A DNA stretch of 64,000 nt from Candidatus Latescibacterota bacterium (GCA_965205975.1 OZ242195.1:3904001-3968000), one strand, 5' to 3'; numbered from the stretch's first letter, positions 1 through 10,326 are shown. The notes: generated from the sequence alone by a model not told the origin. Program-made: numbers and translations.

Positions 1-923
1 ATGACAAAAACGATACTCGCACCGCCGAGACCGCCATCTACATCACCTGCAAACACCTCAATAGCGATCTCTTGATTGGCATCGGCACTGCCCGCGAGCA
101 TGCCATCATCCATCATATTCATCATGTCCATGCCTGCGATATCCAGCGCGGGAATCCGCATCTCGACAAACTTAATCTCAACCGGATCGGTCGAAGCCAT
201 ACCATCACTCGCCGTCACCGTTGCCGTTGCCGGACCACTCGCCGTCAGTGTCAACGTGGCACCTTCTTGAGCATGCATAATATTATCGAGCATCATACCC
301 TGCACATCAAACGCAATCGTCGCATCGGCGGGGAAATTCACAGCCGTCACCGTCGCCGTGCCCGTGCCACCTGGCGGCACCGGAACCGTAGTCGCACTTG
401 CATCCAACCTGGGAACAGCATTGAAAGACAAGGGCGCCATCATCGCCGTGGTAATATTATCCGTATCTGTAGGATTGGCAGCACCGGCCAGATTCATAAT
501 ACTGACACCAACGGTAAATTCGGTACTCGCCATCAAACCCTCTACGGGCGACAGCGTAACAGTCCCGAAATAATCGTTGGTCAAAGTACCAGAAGGAACA
601 GCACCAAAAGAAACGGTACTCGCCGTTGTACCCAGCGCAAAAAATCCCGTAGCAGGAGCCGCGCTTGTGACCGTCAGCTTATCCGTATCAAAAGTCACCA
701 CACCACCGACAATGGGACCTGCCAGCCCGGTAATAAATATTTCAACGACAACATCGGTACCCGCAACAGCAGTACCCGATGTATTGCCATCATTCATCTT
801 ATTGTCACTGGCATCAATGTCAACTGCCACAACAGCATTTGCATTGGGACCCGCAGAAGCTTGCCCCACAAAAGCCAGCAACATAAGAGCAGTAAAAAAT
901 AACAATCCTTTTTTCAAAAACAT
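1..923 (-). CDS. Large secreted surface protein, N-terminal part only (runs off the window); paralogue of the 1014-4700 gene
   Basis: Not in the ORF track; read by hand. ATG at 923 after a GAAGGAG RBS gives MFLKKGLLFFTALMLLAFVGQASA, nearly the same signal peptide as 1014-4700. Followed by Thr/Val/Ala-rich beta-sandwich repeats. Confidence 0.85.
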   Translation of the reverse strand, partial: MFLKKGLLFFTALMLLAFVGQASAGPNANAVVAVDIDASDNKMNDGNTSGTAVAGTDVVVEIFITGLAGPIVGGVVTFDTDKLTVTSAAPATGFFALGTTASTVSFGAVPSGTLTNDYFGTVTLSPVEGLMASTEFTVGVSIMNLAGAANPTDTDNITTAMMAPLSFNAVPRLDASATTVPVPPGGTGTATVTAVNFPADATIAFDVQGMMLDNIMHAQEGATLTLTASGPATATVTASDGMASTDPVEIKFVEMRIPALDIAGMDMMNMMDDGMLAGSADANQEIAIEVFAGDVDGGLGGASIVFV

Positions 924-975
924 TTGCAAAACTCCTTCGCTGAAAACTACTCCTTGTAAGTTCTGAGGGGAAATA

Positions 976-1005
976 GGTAGGGGCGAAAGATTTTTCACCC
1001 CTACC
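976..1005. repeat. GTAG-type REP-like palindrome between surface-protein genes
   Basis: ggtaggggcgaaagatttttcacccctacc forms an imperfect hairpin. Confidence 0.75.
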
Positions 1006-1013
1006 AAAACGAA

Positions 1014-4000
1014 TTACTTGAGCAGCATCAGCTTCCGCACATCCTGGAACTTCCCTGCCGAAATCTGGTAGAAATAAATTCCACTCGAAACCGGCATCCC
1101 ACGATCATCCATACCGTCCCAACGGACCTGATATCGACCGACCGACTGCGGTTCAGCAACCATAAGTGTCCGAACCACCTGACCCACCACATTGTAAATC
1201 TGGAGCGTCACATCGGCAGACTCGGCCAATTCATAACCGATCGTTGTTTCGGGGTTAAACGGATTGGGGAAATTCTGGAGCAGTGCAAACTCTGTAGGCG
1301 TCGTCTGAATATCCAGCACACTGCCAGCCAGTGGATTGGCGAGTTGGCTCGGATCGAAAACCAGACCATTGGCAATCTCGAATCGCGCATTATCTTCAAA
1401 ATCGCGCAACACGCGGAACACCAACCGAACGATATCGCCATCACCAGAAACCTCTGAGCCATTCACGATCGCATTCATAACGTGAACCTGCCCGGCCTCA
1501 GGCGACCAACCCCTCAACAGCGGGGTCTCGCCACCTGTTGACGTCAGCAAATCCTCAGTAGCTGGCACAGCTTCTACAAACTCGAACGTCTCAGCGTCGT
1601 AGTGCAGCACAAACCCATAACCCATCAGAGCCTGTACATTGGCCAGAGACACATCCACAAACATCGTCTCGCCAGCCACCACGCGATCACTGCCCAAACG
1701 CAACGACAACTCGGCAGCCTCATTCACGCCAAGAACAGGCGTAACCAGAGACTTACCAGCCGGACCTGTCGCCTCTTTGCCATAAGAGCCAAAGAACAGA
1801 ATGAAGTCATCGAAATTAACCACAGCATCGTCATTCAGATCAGCCTGAATAAAGACTCGCCATTCCTCGCGCGTCGAGGTGGCCTCACTTGTATTAAACG
1901 CCATCGTAAAGGCCACAAAATCTTCAAAGTCAACCAACAGCGGCGTCATAGCCCCGTACCTATCGAGCTTCACGACAAAAACGGGATTGCCATCGGCATC
2001 CGCAAACAGCTTGCGCTTCGGTGCAAGTTCAACCACCAGAGGCGGTACAATCGACGTCATGTTGGTGCCGTCCATCACAACCACATCTATCAGCACCGCA
2101 GGCACGCCCTGATCAATCAGAGACTCAATCAAAACCTGGGGAACCGTTAAACTGGTCGAACCAGGAGGAAGAACCCCTCCAACCACTGCGGTAACATCAA
2201 TCGGCGGTGCTTCTGAACCGACGACACTGGCCATAACCCTGTAGCCCGTCACATGCGGAACCATAATCGCGTGACCGCGATACATCACAGCATCCATACC
2301 GCCATCATCTGCGGACGCCGTCCAGGTAATAACCCCGGTATCCGGATCAGCAGCAACATCGGTCACAGCAGCAGGAGCCGTATCATCTACTGCACCCGCC
2401 ATACCACCATCGTTTGCCACGACAATTGGAGACGAAACAATGGGACCAAGATGACCATCTGTGCGGATATTCTGCGGAACAGCCAAATCGCCACCAATGA
2501 GAACACTCAAATCGGGATCCAGAGCCGCAAACACCACATTCTTCCTGCCGCCAGTAAGCGAATTAATATAATCAGCAGAAGGCATCAACATCTCGCTGAG
2601 CGCATTCTCGGTCACAACCAGATTGGGATCAACACCCAAAAGCTGAACGATCGCCTGCACGCTCTCTTTGGAGAACACGCGCTTGCCAGCAGGCGTAATC
2701 ACTTCCTCGCTCGACTCCTGGCCCGATTCCGCTGCAACGCCCCAGCGCGTCGCGTTGTTATCCGTCACCGGAACAACCGCGCGCGTAATACCCGCTTCAT
2801 CATTGTCCATCGCGTCAACAACAGCCCAGGACATCCACGTTGCAACCGGCGTATCGGTCGTCACCACATTGCCATCGGCATCCAGCGCGGTATTCACCAT
2901 CATCTCGCGATAAATGCGATACTGACTCACATCCGCGTGATTTGCCGAATTGGCAAAACTAACCATCACATAATGACCGTTATCGCCTTCATTATCCTGC
3001 ACAACCACACTGCTGGGTGCAGCGGGCAGTGCCTGCTCGAACGCAACCTCAACCGCAGACGTCGTAACGCCCGCGCCAGAAGCCGTCACAGAAACAGAAA
3101 CCGTACCCGTAGCAGTCAGTGTCAGCACATTGCCATCTGCCGACGTCGTAAGATTGGGATGGCTCGCCGGATCGACATTAAACGTAATATCGGCACCTTC
3201 GGGGAAACCCGCCGCAACGACCATTGCCATTGCACTGGGAACCTCAGCTTGCGGAACCATGACAACATCAGGCGCATCTGAACCAACAGTGGGCATCGCC
3301 CGGAACAGAATACTAATCGCCTCAGTCGTATCATCAGCATCAGAAGCCGTCACCGTCACCGTAGCAGACCCCATACCGCTCCCCGTAATCGTCACCATAT
3401 CACCATCGGTATCGGCGTTAATCGTAGCGGTACCGGAAGAGCTAATCGCATAAGTAATCGCACCTTCCAGACCCGTTGCAGAAACCGTCACCGACTTCTC
3501 TCCACCCTCGGGAATAATAACATCATCTTCACTCGCCGTCAGGTAAGGATCGGGATCCGTAAACGTAAGCGTAAGCGAAGCAGAAGACGTACCATCGGTC
3601 GCCGTCACCGTCACCGTGCCAGCCGAAGCCGTCGTAATCGTCAAATTGGCACCATCTTCCATCGACGTAAAATCGGCAGTCGCTTCATAAGAATAGTCAA
3701 TCTCGGCACCTTCTTCAAAATTCATAGCCGTAATCGACACCGAAGCCTCGGTACCAAAATCTTCAAACGTAATCGCGGTCTCTCCATCAGCAGTCACCAA
3801 CTCCGGCACGGGACCACCGCTAACCACCACAGCATCGCCAGCAGCAGCGGCAACTCTCATCCCACCCGATGTAAACACAGTAACCGAAGCACTAATGGAA
3901 ACCTCCGACCCATCGTAAGCAGGGCCCAGAGTCAACACCACAGTGCCATAACTGCCGTCTGTCAACGTCGTTGGCGCGCCAATAAGCGTAAGGCTCATAC

Positions 4001-4700
4001 CGACAATACCGTCTGGAGACACGACCAAACCGCCAGCAGGATCGCCACCAGTGATCGCCGCCACAGCGGGATCAACCGCAATGCTAATCTCGGCACCAAC
4101 TGTTGCAGCCTCCAACCCATCAACAGCGACATTGACAACAATATTATCACCTGCAGCAACAGGTCCCTCGCCGTCACGCGTCAGAGAAACGGACAAATTA
4201 TCATAAGACGGCGTCATACCAGTGCCGCCATTACCATTGCCATCACCATTGCCACCAGTCCCACCTTCATTAAACACAAGTGCTCCGGGAAGTGGAACAG
4301 TAATAGCAACATCATTGAGTTTAATTGACGCAATGCCAATAGAAAATTCCACATCCGTTACATCTGAGGCTGTGGTAAAGGTAAAAGACGCACTTGCGGG
4401 CACTGCTGTCGCCTGAATGGCAACCAGGCTTCCACTATTACCAGAAACAAGGCCAGTAAAGTCATCAGCAGAAGCGGCAGTCAATGTTACAGAATTATCA
4501 ACAGCGAACTCAACCGCTATGGCATTCACGGATGCGGTAAGACCCATCTGGGACACAACAACCGTAATTTCCGTGCCCGATCCTGAAACCGTGGTGGAGC
4601 CATCCCCACCAACAGCGAGCGACACCTGCGCAGAAGCCTGCCCTGCAAACATCAGCAATGCCAAAGCAGTCGTAAACAAAAGACTTTTTTTCAAAAACAT
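1014..4700 (-). CDS. 1228 aa secreted protein: Ig/cohesin-like repeats, dockerin-like EF-hand pair, cohesin-like domain, FlgD-type C-terminal domain
   Basis: Signal peptide ending GQASA; DFEDFVAF...ADLNDDAVVNFDDFILFF; VVAGETMFVDVSLANV...GFVLHYD...GDGDIVRLVFRV; FALLQNFPNPFNPETTI...KLMLLK. Confidence 0.85.
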   Translation of the reverse strand: MFLKKSLLFTTALALLMFAGQASAQVSLAVGGDGSTTVSGSGTEITVVVSQMGLTASVNAIAVEFAVDNSVTLTAASADDFTGLVSGNSGSLVAIQATAVPASASFTFTTASDVTDVEFSIGIASIKLNDVAITVPLPGALVFNEGGTGGNGDGNGNGGTGMTPSYDNLSVSLTRDGEGPVAAGDNIVVNVAVDGLEAATVGAEISIAVDPAVAAITGGDPAGGLVVSPDGIVGMSLTLIGAPTTLTDGSYGTVVLTLGPAYDGSEVSISASVTVFTSGGMRVAAAAGDAVVVSGGPVPELVTADGETAITFEDFGTEASVSITAMNFEEGAEIDYSYEATADFTSMEDGANLTITTASAGTVTVTATDGTSSASLTLTFTDPDPYLTASEDDVIIPEGGEKSVTVSATGLEGAITYAISSSGTATINADTDGDMVTITGSGMGSATVTVTASDADDTTEAISILFRAMPTVGSDAPDVVMVPQAEVPSAMAMVVAAGFPEGADITFNVDPASHPNLTTSADGNVLTLTATGTVSVSVTASGAGVTTSAVEVAFEQALPAAPSSVVVQDNEGDNGHYVMVSFANSANHADVSQYRIYREMMVNTALDADGNVVTTDTPVATWMSWAVVDAMDNDEAGITRAVVPVTDNNATRWGVAAESGQESSEEVITPAGKRVFSKESVQAIVQLLGVDPNLVVTENALSEMLMPSADYINSLTGGRKNVVFAALDPDLSVLIGGDLAVPQNIRTDGHLGPIVSSPIVVANDGGMAGAVDDTAPAAVTDVAADPDTGVITWTASADDGGMDAVMYRGHAIMVPHVTGYRVMASVVGSEAPPIDVTAVVGGVLPPGSTSLTVPQVLIESLIDQGVPAVLIDVVVMDGTNMTSIVPPLVVELAPKRKLFADADGNPVFVVKLDRYGAMTPLLVDFEDFVAFTMAFNTSEATSTREEWRVFIQADLNDDAVVNFDDFILFFGSYGKEATGPAGKSLVTPVLGVNEAAELSLRLGSDRVVAGETMFVDVSLANVQALMGYGFVLHYDAETFEFVEAVPATEDLLTSTGGETPLLRGWSPEAGQVHVMNAIVNGSEVSGDGDIVRLVFRVLRDFEDNARFEIANGLVFDPSQLANPLAGSVLDIQTTPTEFALLQNFPNPFNPETTIGYELAESADVTLQIYNVVGQVVRTLMVAEPQSVGRYQVRWDGMDDRGMPVSSGIYFYQISAGKFQDVRKLMLLK

Positions 4701-4725
4701 TACAAACTCCTCTATTGAAAATGGA

Positions 4726-4759
4726 ATCGGGAAGCCTCACATTTGGGAAACTTCCCGAT
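4726..4759. other. Intergenic hairpin (possible mRNA stabiliser or partial terminator)
   Basis: atcgggaag...cttcccgat 9 bp inverted repeat. Confidence 0.5.
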
Positions 4760-4770
4760 CCATCGGCGAA

Positions 4771-7700
4771 TTACTTGAGCAGCATCAGCTTCCGCACATC
4801 GCTGAACTTTCCGTCTGCCGCAATCTGGTAGAAGTAAATTCCACTCGAAACCGGCACACCGCGCTCATCCATACCATTCCAGCGGATCTGATAGCGACCC
4901 GCATTCTGTGCCTCAGAAGCGACCAGCGTCCGAACCACCTGACCCAACACATTGTAAATCTGGAGCGTCACGTCAGCGGACTCGGCCAAATCGTACTTAA
5001 TGGTCGTATCCGGGTTAAATGGATTGGGGAAGTTCTGGTGCAAAGCGAACTCTCTGGGTGTGCTCTGGAGTTCCAACACACCCGCGACCACCGCCGGGTT
5101 CTGCAACTGACTCGGGTCAAAGACCAGACCGTTGGCAATCTCAAACCGGGCGTTATCCTCGAACTCATACAACACGCGGAACACAAACCGGACAATGTCG
5201 CCACCGCCGGAAACCGCTGTACCATTATACATACCCGTGGCAACTTCAACCTGACCGTCGCCCGCGATGTGATGGAACAACGTCTCGCCACCTGTTGACG
5301 TGAGCAAATCCTCATCGGCCTGAGCAACACTCACGAACTCGAACTTCGCAGCATCGTAATTGAGCGTGAACCCATAACCGATCACAGATGCGACATTGGC
5401 AAGCGATACATCGACAGCCACCAACTCGCCAGCAACCACGCGCTCGCTACCCAGACTCAGTGAGAACTCAGCATTCTCGTTTACGCCGGGAGCCAGAACG
5501 ATAGGCTTAGACGCCGGACCATCAATTGTCCTGCCCCAAGAAGTAATAAACAGGAGGAAGTCAGCCACATCAACCGTGTCATCATCGTTGATATCAGCCT
5601 GAGGATTGTAATTCGCATCACCAGGACTGCTACCCCACGCAGCAACAAGGGCAAGGAAGTCATCCACGCCAACCGTGCCAGAAGACTTGGCAATCAGATA
5701 AACGGGATCGCCATTTGCATCGACATAACTGCGACGACCCATTTGCTCTTCATGGACAATATCAAGACTCGTCGAATACTGACCACTCGTAGCCGTCACC
5801 GACACAGTGCCTGACCCGGTCAGGGTAATAGACTGTGTAGCATAGCCACTGGCATCTGCTGTCGCTTCTGTCTCATCACCGTCAACGTTAAAGGTAACCG
5901 TATCGCCCTCGTCCAGACCTTCTGCACGAGCCGTTACCTCTACCTCGCCACCAGCGGGAATCGTGACAGTTTCACCAGCCTGATCCCCATCCATACCGGG
6001 AACCCAGAGCGTAATGGAAAGATCCAGAGGCGCGCTAATGGTAAAACTCTCAGTAGCTTTGATATCCCTACTCCGCATATCAGCATCGTCTAAGGACGCA
6101 TTCGCGACCAAGACCTGAACCGCCACACTCTTCTTGTTATCAGGTGCTACGAGTTCAAACGTCTCACCTGCCAACGGAATCGGCCATTCAAATAGAGAAG
6201 GCAGATCATCAAGCGCGGGATTGGAACGGAACGTAACGTCAACATCATCATATTTGAGGACTTTCGCCGTAATGGCAGCGGCCGTTTTGACGACATTTGC
6301 ATCCAACAGATTCAAGGTGTCTGCAACATTGGCTGGAGCCTGCTTAAAAGCCTTCAAAGAGGGGTTGCCATACTTATCAGTCGGAACCACTCGGAGAGTG
6401 AAATCACCCCAGACCGATGTCGCAGCGCCTACTACGCCTTCTTCCCAAGCAGTTATTTCAAAGTCGGCGAAGTCAGCGGCGTCAACAGTAATATCTACTG
6501 ACTCGGTAATGGTCGCAACACCGTCAGCGCCCATTTCTGTCACAGCAACCGTGAAAGTACCTGCCTTTTCTGATATCACCACGATACCCTCGAACACGCC
6601 TGCAGTCCAGGTATCGCCATTCAGCGTAGCAGAACCGTCTCCATTATCCGTGACACCCGTGCCTCCGAAAGATACCTCGGACACCATGTTACCATCGGAA
6701 TCCGTAGCGGAGACCATCACACCGTCTGCAGAGTAGGTAACAGCCGTCTTTTTCAATGTTGCGTCACGCGCCGTAACTTCCAAATGCAACGCCTGACCAG
6801 CAATCACAGCAGGCTTATTCTTATTTCCGCCACCAGTGGTAGTGGTAACAAGCACAAACTGATCAGCCGAAGGATTAACGATATTGTTGTCAAACGTCAA
6901 ACCTAATTGCCTGCCACTGGTACCTACATAACCAGCCTTGTCTCGAACATAGACTTGCAGATCATATACGTCGTCCTGCTGAAGCATTTCGTCTCCGAGG
7001 AACGAGATCCTGATATTCTGTCCCACCGTGGACTTCTGAGCAGCAGTACCCGCTACTTCGAGAATACCATCACTACCCTCGTAGCGAACCAAAATCGAAT
7101 CCGCTGCTTCGCTAATACGGAAAACCGGATGCTGTGTCCCGCCGCCAATCTTATTATCGGACAGGTCATCAGTATTGGGGAACAATCTCGAAACTGTGGG
7201 TGCCAGGTTGTCGAAAATTGCTTGTCCGGCATTTCCAGATGTACCTTTTTTAGGCGAGACCGTCCCCAGGTTACCAACCTCGTCTCTTACACCAATTTTG
7301 AGATTGGCTGCTGCACCCTTATTATACTTCTTCAGCACTCCTGGGTGTTGAGTGGCCTTGAGAGTAGCATTTCCCTTCCGATGCGTAAGCGCTCCCAAGT
7401 CCGCCTGCAAACCTGCATCGTCCGCAGAAAAATCAATATCTTCCAATATAAGGCTATCTGCGCCAATGACGATGAACGATTCATGGTTTGTAGCTTCATC
7501 AGAACTGAAGTTCAGCGGGTTGAGATCAAGGTCCACATCATCACCTTCTCCGATAAATGAGTAGAGTTGCGTCGATAGTGATGTGTAGTGCTTATGAGAA
7601 CTATCGGGATGCGCGATCGTAATTTTCGGCGGCTTGGAATCCAGCGTAAATACCGCAGACAATCCGCCGTCGGCAACATCTGCATCCAATTCAGTCTGGG

Positions 7701-9183
7701 TATATTGATCGCCTTTGTTACCAGCTTTATCCGTCACCTGTGCCCGCGCACGCACCATCATATTATCGGCTTCAAGCAGATCATTCTTCTTAACTTTATC
7801 AGCCGCATAAGCTGTGGTAGCTTTGCGCTTAAACTGGTTCGCCGACACTGTGAACTTATGGCTCACTTCACCGCCAGCATCCAATATTTCTCTAGCCATA
7901 AACGTCTTAGAAAACCCAACCAGAGGTGCATCTGCAGCGACGACCGGTACTTCATCACCACTGCCCATTTGATCAGGAGTTGGATCCCTCACATCTTCTC
8001 CCGTATCGATGATTTCAACCAGCACGCTGGTATCGTTGAAAATACCATTGATGGTCACGCTCAACGTAATCTGGTCCTTGATGCCAGCTGTTGTTGTCCC
8101 ACCAACACCATTTTTGTTAGCAATTTTATGCGTCAAGGCACTAACAACATCGCCACCAGGTGCAACGCGGTCAATTTTTATCAGCCTTCCATCACCGACC
8201 ACATCATCAAAAGCCGAATGAATCTTTGTTTCGGTGTCCCGGCTCTCAATCTGGTTATTTGCACTAAGATCACCGCTGGTCAATGTAGCAACAGCATACA
8301 CCTTGGACAAATCCGCATCCGTGCCAGCAGTTCCCGGTGGTATTGTAAGCACGAACTCAAGCGTGTCATAGTGGCCCGTTCGGGATCTCTCTGTATAGAA
8401 TGCCTGAGTGCCTGCACCGCCGGCGTCTGCTTCCAGGGTATCCTTTTTTACATCTTCCAGACCCAAACTGCTGAGTTGATTGTTTGTGCCCTGTGAAATT
8501 GTCATGGAATAGTATGCCGTAGCAGAGGCAGGGCGTTTACTACCAGTAGTTGCATCTACATTATCACCATCCTGAGACTCATCAAACAACCCAACCGAAA
8601 TCGAAGAAAAGTTACCCCAGGGGAAGGACGGGCCCTGTCTGCGAAGCAACCGAACCTTAACCTTGCCTTCGATTCCCGTCCACTCCTTAGATGGTGGCAC
8701 GATTTCAACGCGGAATCCCGAAACAGAATTAGCGGCGGGCGTGCCAACAGCCACCGCGTTATCGTTTATTTCAAGGGTAGCAGTCTGACTCTCGAAATTA
8801 GGTGCAGAAGCCGTCACTGTGACTGTTATATCTTGATCATCTTTATCCTGTGTGATACCCGCGAAAACCAGTACACCATCTGTTGAGGTACCAGTTACAT
8901 TGCCCGAAGTAACCGGCACTTCGACATCAACGGAGGGCCTGCCATCATAGGCACCTCGCATAGATGGCGCAGTTACTCTCACAGTAACCGTCGTGTCATT
9001 GTCAGGAGCGGTTTCGAAAGTCACATTCACGGACGCTGTCACTGTCGAGCTTGCGACATTATCCTGTATAGTAGTCGGATTAAGCGTAAGCGTGATTGTG
9101 TTTTGTGCAAAACTATCTGGCACTCCGATGCCCACCATGAGCAAAAGAGCCGCCAAAAAGCCAATTGTTTTGTGAAAATTCAT
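4771..9183 (-). CDS. 1470 aa secreted protein with a distinct N-terminal region and the same dockerin-cohesin-FlgD tail; S-layer-like candidate
   Basis: Signal peptide ending DSFA; GGAGG RBS; VGVDDFLALV...ADINDDDTVDVADFLLF; cohesin-like segment; FPNPFNP tail closely similar to that of 1014-4700 at DNA level. Confidence 0.85.
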   Translation of the reverse strand: MNFHKTIGFLAALLLMVGIGVPDSFAQNTITLTLNPTTIQDNVASSTVTASVNVTFETAPDNDTTVTVRVTAPSMRGAYDGRPSVDVEVPVTSGNVTGTSTDGVLVFAGITQDKDDQDITVTVTASAPNFESQTATLEINDNAVAVGTPAANSVSGFRVEIVPPSKEWTGIEGKVKVRLLRRQGPSFPWGNFSSISVGLFDESQDGDNVDATTGSKRPASATAYYSMTISQGTNNQLSSLGLEDVKKDTLEADAGGAGTQAFYTERSRTGHYDTLEFVLTIPPGTAGTDADLSKVYAVATLTSGDLSANNQIESRDTETKIHSAFDDVVGDGRLIKIDRVAPGGDVVSALTHKIANKNGVGGTTTAGIKDQITLSVTINGIFNDTSVLVEIIDTGEDVRDPTPDQMGSGDEVPVVAADAPLVGFSKTFMAREILDAGGEVSHKFTVSANQFKRKATTAYAADKVKKNDLLEADNMMVRARAQVTDKAGNKGDQYTQTELDADVADGGLSAVFTLDSKPPKITIAHPDSSHKHYTSLSTQLYSFIGEGDDVDLDLNPLNFSSDEATNHESFIVIGADSLILEDIDFSADDAGLQADLGALTHRKGNATLKATQHPGVLKKYNKGAAANLKIGVRDEVGNLGTVSPKKGTSGNAGQAIFDNLAPTVSRLFPNTDDLSDNKIGGGTQHPVFRISEAADSILVRYEGSDGILEVAGTAAQKSTVGQNIRISFLGDEMLQQDDVYDLQVYVRDKAGYVGTSGRQLGLTFDNNIVNPSADQFVLVTTTTGGGNKNKPAVIAGQALHLEVTARDATLKKTAVTYSADGVMVSATDSDGNMVSEVSFGGTGVTDNGDGSATLNGDTWTAGVFEGIVVISEKAGTFTVAVTEMGADGVATITESVDITVDAADFADFEITAWEEGVVGAATSVWGDFTLRVVPTDKYGNPSLKAFKQAPANVADTLNLLDANVVKTAAAITAKVLKYDDVDVTFRSNPALDDLPSLFEWPIPLAGETFELVAPDNKKSVAVQVLVANASLDDADMRSRDIKATESFTISAPLDLSITLWVPGMDGDQAGETVTIPAGGEVEVTARAEGLDEGDTVTFNVDGDETEATADASGYATQSITLTGSGTVSVTATSGQYSTSLDIVHEEQMGRRSYVDANGDPVYLIAKSSGTVGVDDFLALVAAWGSSPGDANYNPQADINDDDTVDVADFLLFITSWGRTIDGPASKPIVLAPGVNENAEFSLSLGSERVVAGELVAVDVSLANVASVIGYGFTLNYDAAKFEFVSVAQADEDLLTSTGGETLFHHIAGDGQVEVATGMYNGTAVSGGGDIVRFVFRVLYEFEDNARFEIANGLVFDPSQLQNPAVVAGVLELQSTPREFALHQNFPNPFNPDTTIKYDLAESADVTLQIYNVLGQVVRTLVASEAQNAGRYQIRWNGMDERGVPVSSGIYFYQIAADGKFSDVRKLMLLK

Positions 9184-9347
9184 CCTATCGACCTCCTAAA
9201 AAAAAGTCAGGATCGAGTAAATGATTGTTTACGAACGTTTTGATTCTACTGCGAAACTGCATCATCTCGCGCTGTCCATCGCGCTGTTTAAGACCGGACC
9301 CCAGAACAGGGTGAGAGCCGCGACCTTTGCGACACAGCGGAGAAGTT

Positions 9348-9372
9348 GATCGGGTTTCAAACCCGACCCTAC
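9348..9372 (-). repeat. GTAG-type REP in the long leader
   Basis: Minus strand GTAGGGTCGGGTTTGAAACCCGATC. Confidence 0.7.
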
Positions 9373-9631
9373 GAAAATCCAAATTTATATCCCTCCCTTC
9401 AACAGACTTGTTTTCATTTCTTTTAATTCCTTTCAATACAACAAGTTACGAACAACTATGAATTAACCATTTTATTCAAGTACCTCCTTCCAAAAACAGC
9501 CTAACACACACCAATGCAACATCCTCACAATGGCGTTAAGGAGTAATGCGTTAGGAAAAATCAACACCCTTTCTGTTTTGTTTGATGTTTGATTCATGGG
9601 AACTGCTCCACCTTAAATATATGACGGGCTA

Positions 9632-9660
9632 ATTATATGCAATCAAAATGGTAGTGTCAA
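9632..9660 (-). promoter_or_regulatory. Perfect-consensus sigma-70 promoter
   Basis: Minus strand TTGACA-ctaccattttgattgca (17 nt)-TATAAT. Confidence 0.85.
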
Positions 9661-9751
9661 GCGTTTTTTCTTCGGTAATGATATGATAATAAAAAAGAAA
9701 CGCAAAGGCAATCAGAAACGGTGTACAACTGGTCGATTCCCAGACCAGTTC

Positions 9752-10030
9752 ATCAGGATGTACAGGATTAAAGGATGTACAGGATGAAAGGCAAAAGCAA
9801 AAGGCAAAAAGCATCCGCAGATGACGCAGATGACGCGGATGAAAAGGCGAAAGGCAAAGGCAACCACAGATGAACACCGATGAACACGGATGAAAAGGCG
9901 AAAGGCAGAGGCGAATCCGCAGATGACGCAGATGACACAGATAAAAGGCAAAGGCAAAAGCAAACCTTCTGGATCGCGGGTAACACCACCCCGCGATGAC
10001 ACCTTAGAGGCAAAGGCAAAAGCAAAATCT
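9752..10030. repeat. Composite cluster of 8-10 nt tandem repeats (ggatgtaca, cgcagatga, gatgaacac, ggcaaa) around a CGTC-type palindrome (9963-10000)
   Basis: Direct reading; the low-complexity shadow ORFs (ICVICVICG, LPLPL) come from it. Confidence 0.85.
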
Positions 10031-10062
10031 TCTCCAGTGGTAGCGCATCCGAGACACCTTTT

Positions 10063-10326
10063 TTATCCGAGTTTGACAAGAATGAGCGTTCCGAGTGTGA
10101 TCAACGTTGTAAGCTGCGTGCTGATCAAAATACCGATAAGCCAGCGAAAATCTGTTCTGGCGGTTTGGCGTGTTTCGGCAAAGCCATGCTCAACCTTTTG
10201 CTCAAGGCTGGTCAAGCGCGTCTCAAGGCTGGTCAAGCGCGTGGCGATTTGCTCAGTAATGCCTTCAACCCGCGATAGGCGGGCGTCAAACTCGGACAGC
10301 TTGTTTTCAACGGTTGGAAGCTGCAT
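10063..10326 (-). CDS. Small heptad coiled-coil protein with C-terminal TM anchor (DUF1640/Bdr-like)
   Basis: RLTSLETRLTSLEQ from a 21 bp direct repeat at about 10201-10241; hydrophobic tail; GGAG RBS; paralogue at 16145. Confidence 0.75.
   Translation of the reverse strand: MQLPTVENKLSEFDARLSRVEGITEQIATRLTSLETRLTSLEQKVEHGFAETRQTARTDFRWLIGILISTQLTTLITLGTLILVKLG

Noticed and set aside
1014..5490. Diversity-generating retroelement TR/VR pair
   Set aside because: Both copies are coding, the differences are not adenine-specific, and there is no RT
9255..9372. Possible c-di-GMP-I riboswitch (GAAA hairpin, cgcaaag, tccggtct on the minus strand)
   Set aside because: The GAAA hairpin is a GTAG REP, and the motif spacing does not fit the aptamer
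9752..10030. CRISPR-like array
   Set aside because: Units are 6-10 nt, there are no unique equal-length spacers, and no cas genes are present
9185..10079. Short ORFs 9185-9436, 9629-9877, 9712-10002, 9768-10079
   Set aside because: They are translations of leader, promoter and repeat DNA
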